Positions 40,124 to 50,026 of a stretch of DNA of 64,000 bases are shown piece by piece. The stretch's first letter is position 1. Each line of letters opens with the position of its first letter. A model generated the notes under the pieces. It was not told the DNA's origin and did no database searches. It saw only the letters and a program-made list of their open reading frames with translations. The stretch spans positions 4,102 through 68,101 of the forward strand of contig JABFRW010000055.1 in the NCBI GenBank assembly GCA_013140805.1. Direction: 5' to 3'. A program made the translations under genes and the position numbers. Origin of the DNA: Candidatus Eiseniibacteriota bacterium. Lineage in GTDB: Bacteria > Eisenbacteria > RBG-16-71-46.

Positions 40124-40780
40124 CTACTCGAGTCGGTCGGAGTGGGCCGCCGGCGGCTGAACGATGCCGCCCGAGACGATCACCTTGAGTCCGTCCTCGA
40201 TCGTCCAGTTCACATAGACGAGCGACGGCCGCGGCACGTAGTGGACGAACCCCGAGGCCGGATTCGGCGTGTGCGGAACGAACACCACTTCGATGTCCTC
40301 GCCGAGCTTCTCGCGCACATCGCTGGCGGCGCGGCCGGTCACGAAGCCGACACGCCACATGCCGTCATGAGGCCACGGGATCAGCACGACCTGCTTGAAC
40401 GCCTGCCCTTCGCGCTTGGTGAGAAACGCCTCGCCGAGCGACTTGGTCGAGCCATAGACGATGCCGACGCCGGGAATGCGCAGCAGCAGCCGATCCCACA
40501 CCCGGCCGAGCGAGGCGCTGCCGAGTCGTGAGGTGACCCAGCCGACCAGCACCAGCAGCACCAGCGTGGCCAGCAGCCCGATACCTGGAATGCGCTGGTA
40601 GTCCATCGCTGCGAAGCGCAGGTAGCGCCCGAGCAGGTTGTCCACCCAGTTGACGAGGCGGAACAAGATCCACAGCGTGATCACGGTCGGCGCCAGCACC
40701 AGCAGCCCGGTCAGCAGCTGGTTGCGAATGCGCGCGATCAGGCTCGGCTTGCCATTCGAGTGGTCGACGGAGTCAGGCAT
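40124..40780 (-). CDS. DUF502-family membrane protein
   Basis: ...LLTGLLVLAPTVITLWILFRLVNWVDNLL...PGIGLLATLVLLVLVGW..., two TM helices and a conserved C-terminal region typical of DUF502. Confidence 0.7.
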   Translation of the reverse strand: MPDSVDHSNGKPSLIARIRNQLLTGLLVLAPTVITLWILFRLVNWVDNLLGRYLRFAAMDYQRIPGIGLLATLVLLVLVGWVTSRLGSASLGRVWDRLLLRIPGVGIVYGSTKSLGEAFLTKREGQAFKQVVLIPWPHDGMWRVGFVTGRAASDVREKLGEDIEVVFVPHTPNPASGFVHYVPRPSLVYVNWTIEDGLKVIVSGGIVQPPAAHSDRLE

Positions 40781-40829
40781 CGGGCCGCGGAATGTAACGC
40801 GGACTCGGGGCACACGTCACGCGGCAGGA

Positions 40830-42110
40830 TCACTCGATGCGGGCGATCTTCCGGACCACGGACTCGCGCTCGCCTCGAATCGTCGCGAAGTAGAGCCCGG
40901 CCGGGACTCGGCGCCCCTCGGCGTCGCGTCCGTCCCAGACCATCCGGCCCGGACCGGCCTCGACCCGCCGATCCGCGAGCGCGACGCGGGTGAGATCCCG
41001 CCCGCGCGGATCCACGCCGACCGCCGCCTCTCCGCCCGCGAACGAGAGCCGGTACTCGCCGGTACCGATGCCGCTCCCGTCCTCGACGAGCAGCGTGTAC
41101 GTCCCCTCGAGCGGCGCGTTGAAGTTCACATGATCGGCCGTCGAACTCTGCATCGCGGGTCCGCCCGTGGGTGGATAGATGCTCATGCGAGTGTCGAGCG
41201 AGCCTGACTGAGTCACCGCGTCGATCGTGAACGCCTGGTCGGGGCTCGCGTGGAAGAAGCAAGCGTCCGTTTCGGTCGCGGACACGATCGAGCCCGCGTA
41301 GATCGTTCCGTCGCCGATCGGACCACCGGTATCACCGGGCCCCATGACCGGACCCGCGGTGAGATTCGTGCACGAGATCGCGAAGGTCGGGTCGCCCGAC
41401 ACTCGGCCATGCTCGAGCACCAGCAGGTACTGACCCGACTGCAGGAGTCGCGCTTCCAGTCGCTGGCCCACCGCGGAGGGACCGTCGGTCGGGCCGTAGA
41501 GCGTCATGAACCCGAACGTCAGCGAGTTCGAGAACGGCACTTGATTGAACAGCAGACGCTGTCCGGCCTGGCCGGTGAACGAGTACACGTACTCGATTCC
41601 GTAGTCACCGCCACTCGAGAAGTTGTACTCGCTCAGCAGGAGCTGATACGTCCCGCTGGCGGGCAGCGTGAAGTCCTTGTGCGCGATCGTGCCGAGGTTC
41701 GTGCCGCCCCCACCCTGCTGGACCGGGAATCCGGCCGGATTCCCGGTGCCTCCGGACACGATCACTCGCAGCGTGAAGCTCCCGGTTGCGCCGAGTGTGA
41801 AGTCGAGCTGATCCCCGACCGCGGTCGTCGTTTCGGGACCGAACGCCGAGAGCACGGGCTGAACGTGTCCCCCGCCCCGCTTGATCGCGGCTCGGAAGCG
41901 GTCGCCTGCGATCCCGCTGAATTGATAGTCGTCGAAGTCGTCGAAGGTCTGGAACGCGCCAGCCACCGACGTGCCCGAGACGATCAGACCGCCATCAGGA
42001 CCATCGAGCACCGTCGAGGCAGGGGAGGCAGCCCGAGCAGTCGCAGCCGCAATGAAGCTGCCAAGGATTGCCAGCGCAAACAGGAAGGAGCGTCGCCGGG
42101 CGCGAGTCAT
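40830..42110 (-). CDS. Secreted protein with repeated PPC-like beta-sandwich modules and T9SS C-terminal domain
   Basis: In-frame ATG at 42110 gives signal peptide MTRARRRSFLFALAILGSFIAAATARAA. Four GxY(T/Q)LLV...G.Y repeats. C-terminus ...MVWDGRDAEGRRVPAGLYFATIRGERESVVRKIARIE is a T9SS CTD. Confidence 0.7.
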   Translation of the reverse strand: MTRARRRSFLFALAILGSFIAAATARAASPASTVLDGPDGGLIVSGTSVAGAFQTFDDFDDYQFSGIAGDRFRAAIKRGGGHVQPVLSAFGPETTTAVGDQLDFTLGATGSFTLRVIVSGGTGNPAGFPVQQGGGGTNLGTIAHKDFTLPASGTYQLLLSEYNFSSGGDYGIEYVYSFTGQAGQRLLFNQVPFSNSLTFGFMTLYGPTDGPSAVGQRLEARLLQSGQYLLVLEHGRVSGDPTFAISCTNLTAGPVMGPGDTGGPIGDGTIYAGSIVSATETDACFFHASPDQAFTIDAVTQSGSLDTRMSIYPPTGGPAMQSSTADHVNFNAPLEGTYTLLVEDGSGIGTGEYRLSFAGGEAAVGVDPRGRDLTRVALADRRVEAGPGRMVWDGRDAEGRRVPAGLYFATIRGERESVVRKIARIE

Positions 42111-42204
42111 GGAGGTCTCTCCCGAACGGAGGTTACGCAGTCGGCCAGCCGAGCCGAGGTCGGGGGGGAAGACCCGTGGAGGCTGGCACCAATCCGGGTC
42201 TGCG

Positions 42205-42645
42205 CTAACGCTTTTCGGAGCGGGCCTTCGAGAGCAAGACGTCCAAACGCTTGGCGGCGCCGCGATTGGCCCGCAGCGCCCGGGCTTCGACGGCGCGCAT
42301 GACCCGGCGCTCCGCGAGCCGGTGGTGATCGTGTCCGGCCAGGTGCAGCGCGCCATGGACGACCAGGCGCGTCAGCTCTTCACCGGGCGACACTCGATAG
42401 CGCTTCGCCTGCTCGGCCATGCGATCCATCGAGATCACGAGATCGCCCTGCACGCGGCGACCTCGTTCGGGCGGCTGCTCGTCGTAGCCGAAGCTCAACA
42501 CGTCGGTCGCCCGGTCGATCCCGCGCCAGCGGCGATTGAGCACCCGAAGTTCCTCGTCGTCGCTCAAGACGATCGCGATCTCGCCGGGTTTCAATCCTTC
42601 GATCGCGAGTGATGCACGCACGATCGTGCGCAGAGGCGTGAGCAT
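42205..42645 (-). CDS. ybeY: Endoribonuclease YbeY (rRNA maturation factor)
   Basis: ...DVLSFGYDE...LVVHGALHLAGHDHHRL, the HxxxHxxGxDH zinc motif. ATG at 42645. Confidence 0.9.
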   Translation of the reverse strand: MLTPLRTIVRASLAIEGLKPGEIAIVLSDDEELRVLNRRWRGIDRATDVLSFGYDEQPPERGRRVQGDLVISMDRMAEQAKRYRVSPGEELTRLVVHGALHLAGHDHHRLAERRVMRAVEARALRANRGAAKRLDVLLSKARSEKR

Positions 42646-42677
42646 GCGGGCCGACGAACGCGAACCGGTCAGCGAAA

Positions 42678-43139
42678 TCAAGGCGACCGGCTGGCGAGAC
42701 CGAAGCCGCGTGCCATCGCCGAGGCGGCAAGCACCATCAGCACCGAGAGCCACATCTGGATGTGGCTGATGCGCGCCAGCAGCGGTGCGGCCTTCACGTC
42801 GATCGCTTCCTTGCGGGCGCGCTGACGGCGCCACCGCGCGAGCGTCATCATGGGGACGATCTCGAGCGCGACGATCAACACGAACAGAGCGATCTTGGTC
42901 CAGAACAGGTGATTGCCCCAGTAGTAGTCGGTCGGCTTCTCGGTCCCCATGAAGAGGCGCGCGAGGCCGGTGACGATCCACAACACCGCGGCGATCCCCC
43001 ACCCCGCGTCGGCCGCGAACACGTGCTTCAATCCCGCGTCGTCGAGCGGCCCCTTGAGTGCGCGCTGCCGCCCGATGATCGCCCCGAATCCGATGCCGAA
43101 TGCGAGCAGGTGCAGAGCGGCGAACGCCCACTGAAGCAT
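42678..43139 (-). CDS. Small integral membrane protein (DUF2214-like)
   Basis: Four predicted TM helices (MLQWAFAALHLLAFGIGFGAIIG...). Lies between the 7TM-HD gene and ybeY. Confidence 0.55.
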   Translation of the reverse strand: MLQWAFAALHLLAFGIGFGAIIGRQRALKGPLDDAGLKHVFAADAGWGIAAVLWIVTGLARLFMGTEKPTDYYWGNHLFWTKIALFVLIVALEIVPMMTLARWRRQRARKEAIDVKAAPLLARISHIQMWLSVLMVLAASAMARGFGLASRSP

Positions 43140-43148
43140 GAACTCTCC

Positions 43149-45371
43149 TTAGGTCGCGTCGCGTCGCAGTTCGGCGTCTTGCCGGGCGCGCTTGCGTGGA
43201 TCTTCGGGGTAGGGTGCCCGCACGTGGAAGATCGCGGTCAGCACCGGGATGAACGCCTCACGAATCCTGGCCAGCTCGGTGAGCGTCAGACCGCTGTTCT
43301 CGAGCTGACCCTCCTGAACGCGCTCGTCGATGATGCGGCTCACGAGTCCGCGAATGCGGCTGGGGCTCGGCTCGGCGAGCGCCCGAGAAGCACCCTCGAC
43401 GCCGTCGGCGAGCATCAGGATCGCGGTCTCGCGCGAGCGCGGCTTGGGACCCGGGTAGCAGAAGTCCTCGCGCCGCGCACCCGGATCCTGCTCGAGTGCC
43501 TTGTGGTAGAAGAACGCCATCACCATGGTGCCATGGTGCTCCGGTATCGCGGTCGCGACCGCCTTGGGCAGCCGCTCTTTGCGCGCCAGTTCGAGTCCCT
43601 CGGTGATGTGCGACTTGACCACCAGCGTGCTCATGCTGGGCGTCAGCCGATCGTGCCGGCTGCGCACCGATGCGGGCTCGTTCTCGGCGTAGTACTCGGG
43701 CTTCGCGAGCTTTCCGATGTCGTGGTAGTAGGCCATCACGCGCGCCAGCAGCGAATTCGCACTGGTCGCCTCGGCGGCCGACTCGGCGAGGCTGCCGACC
43801 ACCATGCTGTGGTGGTACGTGCCGGGTGCCTCGAGCTGCAGGCGCTTGAGCATCGGCCGATTGAGGTCCGACAGCTCGAGCAGCGTGATGTCCGAGGTCA
43901 GCCCCAGCAGGTGCTCCATGACCGGAAGCAGCACGAATGCGATCGAGATCGCGAGGAAGCTGTTGAGCGCTCCCCACATTGCGTCTTTCGCCAGCGCTTC
44001 GAGAGGCGTGGCGCGCGCCAGATCCCACGCCAGGATCGCTGCCAGATTCGCGAGCCCGATCGTGAGGCTCGCGCGCAGGAAGTGCCAGCGATGGCGAAGC
44101 CGCGACACCGAGTAGACCGCGGTGATGCCGCCCATCACGGCGACCGGCACGAACGGCGGCGTCAGCTCGACGATCACGGTGACCGCGACCGCCAGCAGCA
44201 GCGTGAACACCAGCGCCGGGCGCTTCTCCATGAGCGAGGCGACGACCAGCGGCGCGATCGCCAGCGGGACTGTGAACTCGGGCAGCTCGAGCATGCCGGT
44301 CATCGCCTGGGCGACCAGCATCACCACCGCGGTGAGTGCGGCGAACATGGTGAGCATCGCGTTGTCGCGCGCGACCGCGGGCAGCTCGACTCGCAGATAA
44401 ACCATGAATGCCGCGATGAACAACAGCATCAGCAGCATGCGTGCGACCGGCGGGTACAGGAACTCGGTGCGATCGAGCCGAGCGCGTTCGAGGTCGCCGA
44501 GCGTGCGAAGTTTCTGGAGCGCCGGCCCGTCGATCCGCTGATTGGCGTCGACGATCAGCTCGTCCTTCTGAACGAAGCCGATCGCGGTCGGAACCGCACC
44601 CTGGGCCTGCACGCGCCGGTATTCGGTCTCGGCGCGGTCATAGATCACGTTGGCCTGAACGAACGGCCCCGACAGCTCGATCGCGAGCCGCGCACCGGCC
44701 GGATCCTCACGCAACGCGGACTGGGCACGACGCTCCACGAATCGCAGCGCTTCGTCGCGCGAGTAGAGCAGGCTCGCGGCTCGCGGCGCTTCGGTTTCGC
44801 CCTCTCGGACGTTCGCTGCGCGGTAGCCCAGCAGCAGGTCGTTGCGCTTCTCGGCAACCACTCCGGCGGCGTACAACTCGTTGAGCGAAGCGCCGAGCTC
44901 GCGCAACACGCGCCGTGCGCGGCCGGCGGCACTCAGCGCCTGAGCCGCCTCCGCCGACATCGGCACTCCGAGCGAGCGCAGGCGTTGAGCGCGATCCGCG
45001 GACCCCAACGCCGGATCGAGCGCCAGCCCCAGCGCGCGCTCCTGAAACGCCGCGAAGCGCTGCAGCGTTTCGCTCGAGATGCGCGGATCCACCACGTAGA
45101 CCGGCGCGATCGCGGCGGCGGCTTGCTGCTGTTCGCGCCGCAGGCCGGTCTCGTCTTTCTGGATCCGAAACGCCATCGGCGCCACGACCCGTTCGCGCGC
45201 GATGTCGCCGAGGCGATAACTGCGTCGCGACTCACCGCCGCGTCCCGGAAGCCACGCGGCCAGGGTCAGCAGCACCGCGACCAGCGCGACCCGCACCGCC
45301 CAGTAGGCGATCGGGAGCGAACGCTGACGATCGGGCAGCGCCGGTAACGTCGAGTTGTCGAGAACCGTCAT
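43149..45371 (-). CDS. 7TM-receptor-coupled HD/HDIG phosphohydrolase (YqfF/PgpH-like)
   Basis: N-terminal TM helix, an extracellular domain of about 300 aa, a 7-TM block, then HD motif ...HHSMVVGSLAESAA...MAYYHDIGKLAKPEYYAENEP. Follows phoH, as in the Bacillus yqfEFG cluster. Confidence 0.85.
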   Translation of the reverse strand: MTVLDNSTLPALPDRQRSLPIAYWAVRVALVAVLLTLAAWLPGRGGESRRSYRLGDIARERVVAPMAFRIQKDETGLRREQQQAAAAIAPVYVVDPRISSETLQRFAAFQERALGLALDPALGSADRAQRLRSLGVPMSAEAAQALSAAGRARRVLRELGASLNELYAAGVVAEKRNDLLLGYRAANVREGETEAPRAASLLYSRDEALRFVERRAQSALREDPAGARLAIELSGPFVQANVIYDRAETEYRRVQAQGAVPTAIGFVQKDELIVDANQRIDGPALQKLRTLGDLERARLDRTEFLYPPVARMLLMLLFIAAFMVYLRVELPAVARDNAMLTMFAALTAVVMLVAQAMTGMLELPEFTVPLAIAPLVVASLMEKRPALVFTLLLAVAVTVIVELTPPFVPVAVMGGITAVYSVSRLRHRWHFLRASLTIGLANLAAILAWDLARATPLEALAKDAMWGALNSFLAISIAFVLLPVMEHLLGLTSDITLLELSDLNRPMLKRLQLEAPGTYHHSMVVGSLAESAAEATSANSLLARVMAYYHDIGKLAKPEYYAENEPASVRSRHDRLTPSMSTLVVKSHITEGLELARKERLPKAVATAIPEHHGTMVMAFFYHKALEQDPGARREDFCYPGPKPRSRETAILMLADGVEGASRALAEPSPSRIRGLVSRIIDERVQEGQLENSGLTLTELARIREAFIPVLTAIFHVRAPYPEDPRKRARQDAELRRDAT

Positions 45372-45429
45372 GGTCGCCTCGAAGAGCGAAGTCCGACGCG
45401 AGCCCTACGGGCAGCTCACGCGCACGACG

Positions 45430-46596
45430 CTACAGCAGCGGGCCGCGCCGGGGCGAACCGCCGCCCGTCGAGGGCTCGTCGCCCCGTGAATCCGCGCCCG
45501 TGACCGCACCTGGCGCAACGCCTCCCGGGGGCGCGACGGCACCTTCGGGACCGGCACCCGGCAGTTCGGCATGGGGCGTCACGGGCTCGTAGCTGGAGCC
45601 CACCCCGTCGTCGGCCTTGCCATTCTGCCGCGCGTGGAATTCGTCGAAGGCGATGATGATGTGGCGCACGAGGCGATGGCGCACGACGTCTTCGGGATGG
45701 AAGTACACGAAGTGAATCCCCGGAATCGAGCCGAGGATGTGCTGGATGCGCACCAGCCCCGAAGTCTCGGGATCCTTGAGATCGATCTGCGTGACGTCGC
45801 CGGTGATGACCGCGCGCGACTCCACGCCCAGGCGGGTCAGGAACATCTTCATCTGACGCACGGTGGTGTTCTGTGCTTCGTCGAGGATCACGAACGCGCG
45901 ATGCAACGTGCGGCCGCGCATGAACGCGAGCGGCGCGATCTCGATCACGCCGAGCTCGATGTAGCGGCGCATCTTGTCGTAGGTCATGAGATCCGACAGC
46001 GCGTCGTACATCGGGCGCAGGTACGGATCCACCTTCTCCTGCATGTCGCCCGGCAGGAAGCCGAGGTTTTCGCCGGCCTCGACGGCAGGGCGCACCAGGA
46101 TGATCTTGTCGATCTTCTTCTGACGCAGCGCCTGCACGGCGGCCGCAACCGCGAGGTAGGTCTTGCCGGTGCCGGCCGGCCCGATCGCGAACACGACTTC
46201 GTGTTCCTCGAGCGCCTTGAGATAGCTGGCCTGCATCGGCGTGCGCGCACGCACCGCCTTGCGATCGAACGCATAGCCGGGCGCGCCGTCGTAAGCCTCG
46301 GCGAGTCGCAGTCCGTTGCCGTTCGCGCCGCCGTTGCCGTTGCGATCCCCGGCGCCGAGCACCGTGATCACATCCGCCTCTTCGACGTGCTTGCCGCGCT
46401 CGGCCAGTTCCACCATCTGCTTGAAGGCGTCGGCGGCGGTCGAAACGGCGTCGGCTTCGCCGGCCACGGTGATGGTGCCGTCGCGCAGCGTGATGCGGAC
46501 CGGAAGCTCGCGTTCGATCAGACGCAGGTTTGCGTCGTTCTGACCGAGCACGGCAATCGGATCGAGATGTTCGATGGGAAATTTCCGAACCGTCAC
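45430..46596 (-). CDS. phoH: PhoH-family ATPase with disordered C-terminal tail
   Basis: VVFAIGPAGTGKTYLAVAAAV (Walker A)...ILVRPAVEAGENLGFLPGD...FVILDEAQNTT (Walker B). Only one in-frame GTG, at 46596, has an RBS (GGGAG). The roughly 60-aa Pro/Gly/Ala-rich tail is unusual. Confidence 0.8.
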   Translation of the reverse strand: MTVRKFPIEHLDPIAVLGQNDANLRLIERELPVRITLRDGTITVAGEADAVSTAADAFKQMVELAERGKHVEEADVITVLGAGDRNGNGGANGNGLRLAEAYDGAPGYAFDRKAVRARTPMQASYLKALEEHEVVFAIGPAGTGKTYLAVAAAVQALRQKKIDKIILVRPAVEAGENLGFLPGDMQEKVDPYLRPMYDALSDLMTYDKMRRYIELGVIEIAPLAFMRGRTLHRAFVILDEAQNTTVRQMKMFLTRLGVESRAVITGDVTQIDLKDPETSGLVRIQHILGSIPGIHFVYFHPEDVVRHRLVRHIIIAFDEFHARQNGKADDGVGSSYEPVTPHAELPGAGPEGAVAPPGGVAPGAVTGADSRGDEPSTGGGSPRRGPLL

Positions 46597-46941
46597 TTCG
46601 ACTCCCTCGCGACCTGAGAAAACACGAAACTCCCGACCGTGGGGACCTCGAGGAGGGCCCGATCGGGAGCTGGATGGAGACGCAGAGTCTGGGCGTGTCG
46701 TACGACCAACCCGAAAGTTTCCAGGGTAGTCCTTCTGCGGACGCTTGCGTGGTTGCAGAGCGTTAGTCCTCCGGTCCACAGCGCTGCGAACGTTAGCATC
46801 CGTCCGTTGGAGCGTCAACGCCGAGCGCCTGGTTCGATGTTCTTATCGGCGATCGAGTCCGAGAGTTTATGGATTCCTGACCGCAGGGTTCGGACCCGCG
46901 TCCTTCGAGGGCGCGCTCGCATTCGCCGAGCGACGAGGCGC

Positions 46942-47997
46942 TCAGCGCCTGGCGCCGCCTCGGTGCGCGGCCAGGTTCGAAACGATCGACTGCACCGCGG
47001 CCGCAAGCGGCAGCGCGAGCACCGCGCCGCCGGCGCCGAGCATCGCCCCGCCGGCCAGGATGCTGACCAGAATCACGAACGGGTGCATCTTCATGTGACG
47101 TCCCATCACCTGCGGGGTCACGAACTGCCCGGCGAGCTGGTTGATCCCGACGTAGGCGATCACGCCCCACAACGCATGTGACGGATCCACGCTGAACCCG
47201 GCGATCACGATCACCACCGCGGCGGACCAGAAGCCGAGGATCGGAACGATCTCGGCGACGCCCGCGAGGGCTCCCAGCAGCAACGGAACCGGCAGCCCGA
47301 TCAACCACGCGGCGATCGCGACCGCACCGCCCACGATCGCGCACACCACCGCCTGACCGCGCACGTAGCTGCGCAGCGCCCGGTCGACTTCCGACAGGAT
47401 CTCGCCGACGCGTGACTGGGCCGCCGCCGGCACGAATCCCATCGCACTGGTGTGCACGTCATCGGCTTCGGCGAGCAGGTAGTAGGCGAGCATCGGCGTG
47501 AGTGCCAGGCCCAGCACGCCGCCCAGATTGCCGACCAGGCCACGCAGCGTCGCAACCGCCAGGGTCCCGGCCTCGGACAGCAACGTCTCGAGATCGATCA
47601 GCGGACGATTGTCCGGCTTGAGCGCATCGATGGTGGGATTGTGTGCCGCCATGTAGTTGATGGTCGCAACCAGTCGCTGCAGTGCGGTCGGGAGCCGTTG
47701 GAGCAGGTCGCTCACTTCCGAAATCAGTCGTGGAATCGCGAACGCGAGCGTGAGTCCGCCGCCCACCACCAGCAGCAGCATCACCGCGGCGGCCGCGAAG
47801 CGCCGCGAGGGCCCTGTGCCTCGCATGCGGATCCGCTCGATCGCAATCACGACCGGGTCCAGCACGTAGGCGATGAGCGCCGCGAAACCGACCAGCATCA
47901 GCACGTCGCGGAGCGTCCAGAGTGTGATCGCGACCGCCAGCAGCCCGACGGTGAGCAGGGCGGTGCGAGTCGCGGACGGCGTCGTGGTCGCTGGCAT
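46942..47997 (-). CDS. AI-2E family transporter (PerM/YhhT-like)
   Basis: Eight TM helices and characteristic ...AYYLLAEADDV...LRSYVRGQAVVCAIVG...PQVMGRHMKMHPFVILVSILAGG. Confidence 0.85.
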   Translation of the reverse strand: MPATTTPSATRTALLTVGLLAVAITLWTLRDVLMLVGFAALIAYVLDPVVIAIERIRMRGTGPSRRFAAAAVMLLLVVGGGLTLAFAIPRLISEVSDLLQRLPTALQRLVATINYMAAHNPTIDALKPDNRPLIDLETLLSEAGTLAVATLRGLVGNLGGVLGLALTPMLAYYLLAEADDVHTSAMGFVPAAAQSRVGEILSEVDRALRSYVRGQAVVCAIVGGAVAIAAWLIGLPVPLLLGALAGVAEIVPILGFWSAAVVIVIAGFSVDPSHALWGVIAYVGINQLAGQFVTPQVMGRHMKMHPFVILVSILAGGAMLGAGGAVLALPLAAAVQSIVSNLAAHRGGARR

Positions 47998-47999
47998 GC

Positions 48000-50026
48000 T
48001 CAGGCCGAACCGTCGAGTTCGACCAGCGCTCGGCCGCTCTGAACCATTTCGCCGACCCGAGCCGCAATCGTCTTCACGACGCCGGCGTGCGGCGCACGGA
48101 TCACGTGCTCCATCTTCATGGCCTCGATCGCCAGCAGCGGCTGAGCCTTGCTGACCGTTTCGCCGACCTTCACGAGCACGCGCGTGACGACACCAGGCAT
48201 CGGCGCTTCGAGGCTGCCCGACGCGGTTCCGCCGCTGCGCTTGCGGCCGGCCACCTCGCGCTCGAGCACGAAGTCGAGTTCGGCGAGCCGTACGAAGCGC
48301 CGCGCACCCACACGGGTGACCTCGACGGCGATCGAGCCGGCCTCCGAAATCAGCTTCCAGCGATCGTCACCGAGCGGCTCGACCGTCACTTCGATCGGCG
48401 CGCCATCGACGGTGGCACGCCACCGCCCCGGTCCGAGTGCTGCGAGCTCGACCGCGCGCGAGCGTTCGCCATCCCGCCAGTTCGAGCGCATCAGCCTAGC
48501 CCCGGATGACGCCAGGCGCCGAGTGCCGCGTAGGGTGAAGCCGTCGCGGGCTCGTCGGCATTCGAAGCGCCGCCATTCGTCGCGGCCGCTACAGTCACTC
48601 CACCGAGCGCGCCGGCATCCGAGAGCGCCGCCGCGATCAGCGCGAGTTCCGGCGCCGGAGCCGCGGCAAGCGCGGCGAAGCCGGCCAGGAACTCGCGCTC
48701 GATCCACTCGGTGTCGAACGCAGCCCGCCGCACCTGGTCCGCCCGCGTGAGCGCACGCAGGAACGGCAGGTTGGTGATCACTCCATGCGCCAGGCTCTCG
48801 TCGAGCGCGTGGGTCAATCGGTCGAGCGCGCGTTCGCGAGTCGGCCCCCACGCGATCACCTTGGCGAGAATCGGGTCGTAGTGGACCGGCACCCTGTCGC
48901 CACTCTCGACCCCGGTGTCCACGCGCACGAACGGTGCGCGCGGCCAGCGCACACGCGCCAGTTCCCCCGCCTGCGGCAGAAATCCGCGCGCCGCATCTTC
49001 GGCGTACACGCGCGCCTCGATCGCATGGCCGTTGCGCGGCACGTCATTCTGAGAGATCGGGAGCTTGCCGGTGGCCGCGACTTCGAGTTGCAGCCGCACC
49101 AGGTCGAGACCCGTCACGAGTTCGGTGACTGGGTGTTCGACCTGCAGGCGCGTGTTCATCTCGAGAAAGTAGAACGCGCCGTCGGGCGCCAGCAGGAACT
49201 CGAGCGTACCGGCGCCCCGATAGTCGACTTCCCTGGCGAGCGCCACCGCCGCGTGGGTCATGCGTTCGCGCAGTGCGTCGCCCACCGCAGTCGACGGACA
49301 CTCTTCGATCACCTTCTGGTGGCGGCGTTGCAGTGAACACTCACGCTCCCACAGGTGGATCGCGCGCCCATTGCCGTCACCGAGCACCTGCACTTCGATG
49401 TGGCGAGCGCGTTCGAGCCGCTTTTCCAGATAGATCGCTGAGTCTCCGAAGGCCGCGGCCGCGAGCCGCTGCGCGCTCTCGATCGCCTCGCGCAGGCCGT
49501 CCGCGTCGCTCACCGCACGCATGCCCTTGCCGCCGCCGCCGAGCGCGGCTTTGACCATCACCGGCCAACCGATCTTGAGGGCGGCCGCCACCAGCGCGTC
49601 CGCATCGGCCCCTTCGGCGCCCGGCACCACCGGCACCCCGGCGCGGATCGCGAGTGCTCGCGCCGCTCGCTTGTCGCCCATCGCGCGAATCTGTGCCGCG
49701 GTCGGACCGATGAAGACGAGCCCGGCTGCCTCCACCGCCTCGGCAAATGCCGCGTTCTCAGCCAGGAAGCCGTAGCCCGGATGGATCGCGTCGGCGCCCG
49801 AATCGCGCGCGGCGGCGATCAGCGCCTCGATGTTCAAGTACGAAGCTCGCGGTTCGGCCGGGCCGATGACTCGCACCTCATTCGCGACCCGGGTGTGGCG
49901 CGCACCGCGGTCCGCCTCGGAACACACCGCGATCGAGCGGATTCCCATCTCGCGCAGCGTCGAGGCGATGCGGCACGCAATCTCGCCGCGGTTGGCGATC
50001 AGCACCGAGCGAATCGGCGCGCTCAC
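48000..50026 (-). pseudogene. Biotin-dependent acyl-CoA carboxylase alpha subunit (biotin carboxylase + BCCP), apparent frameshift near 48490-48560
   Basis: ORF 48491..50161 is the biotin carboxylase domain (SVLIANRGEIACRI...ATP-grasp...). ORF 48000..48851, in another frame, carries the linker plus biotinyl domain (...LLAIEAMKMEHVIRAPHAGVV...). Together they make about 680 aa, as in MccA/PccA. This could be a sequencing error or a genuine disruption. Confidence 0.6.

Noticed and set aside
42762-45347. 861-aa plus-strand ORF
   Set aside because: Antisense to the 7TM-HD gene, with an extremely Arg/His/Asp/Gln-rich translation and no TM or domain signal.
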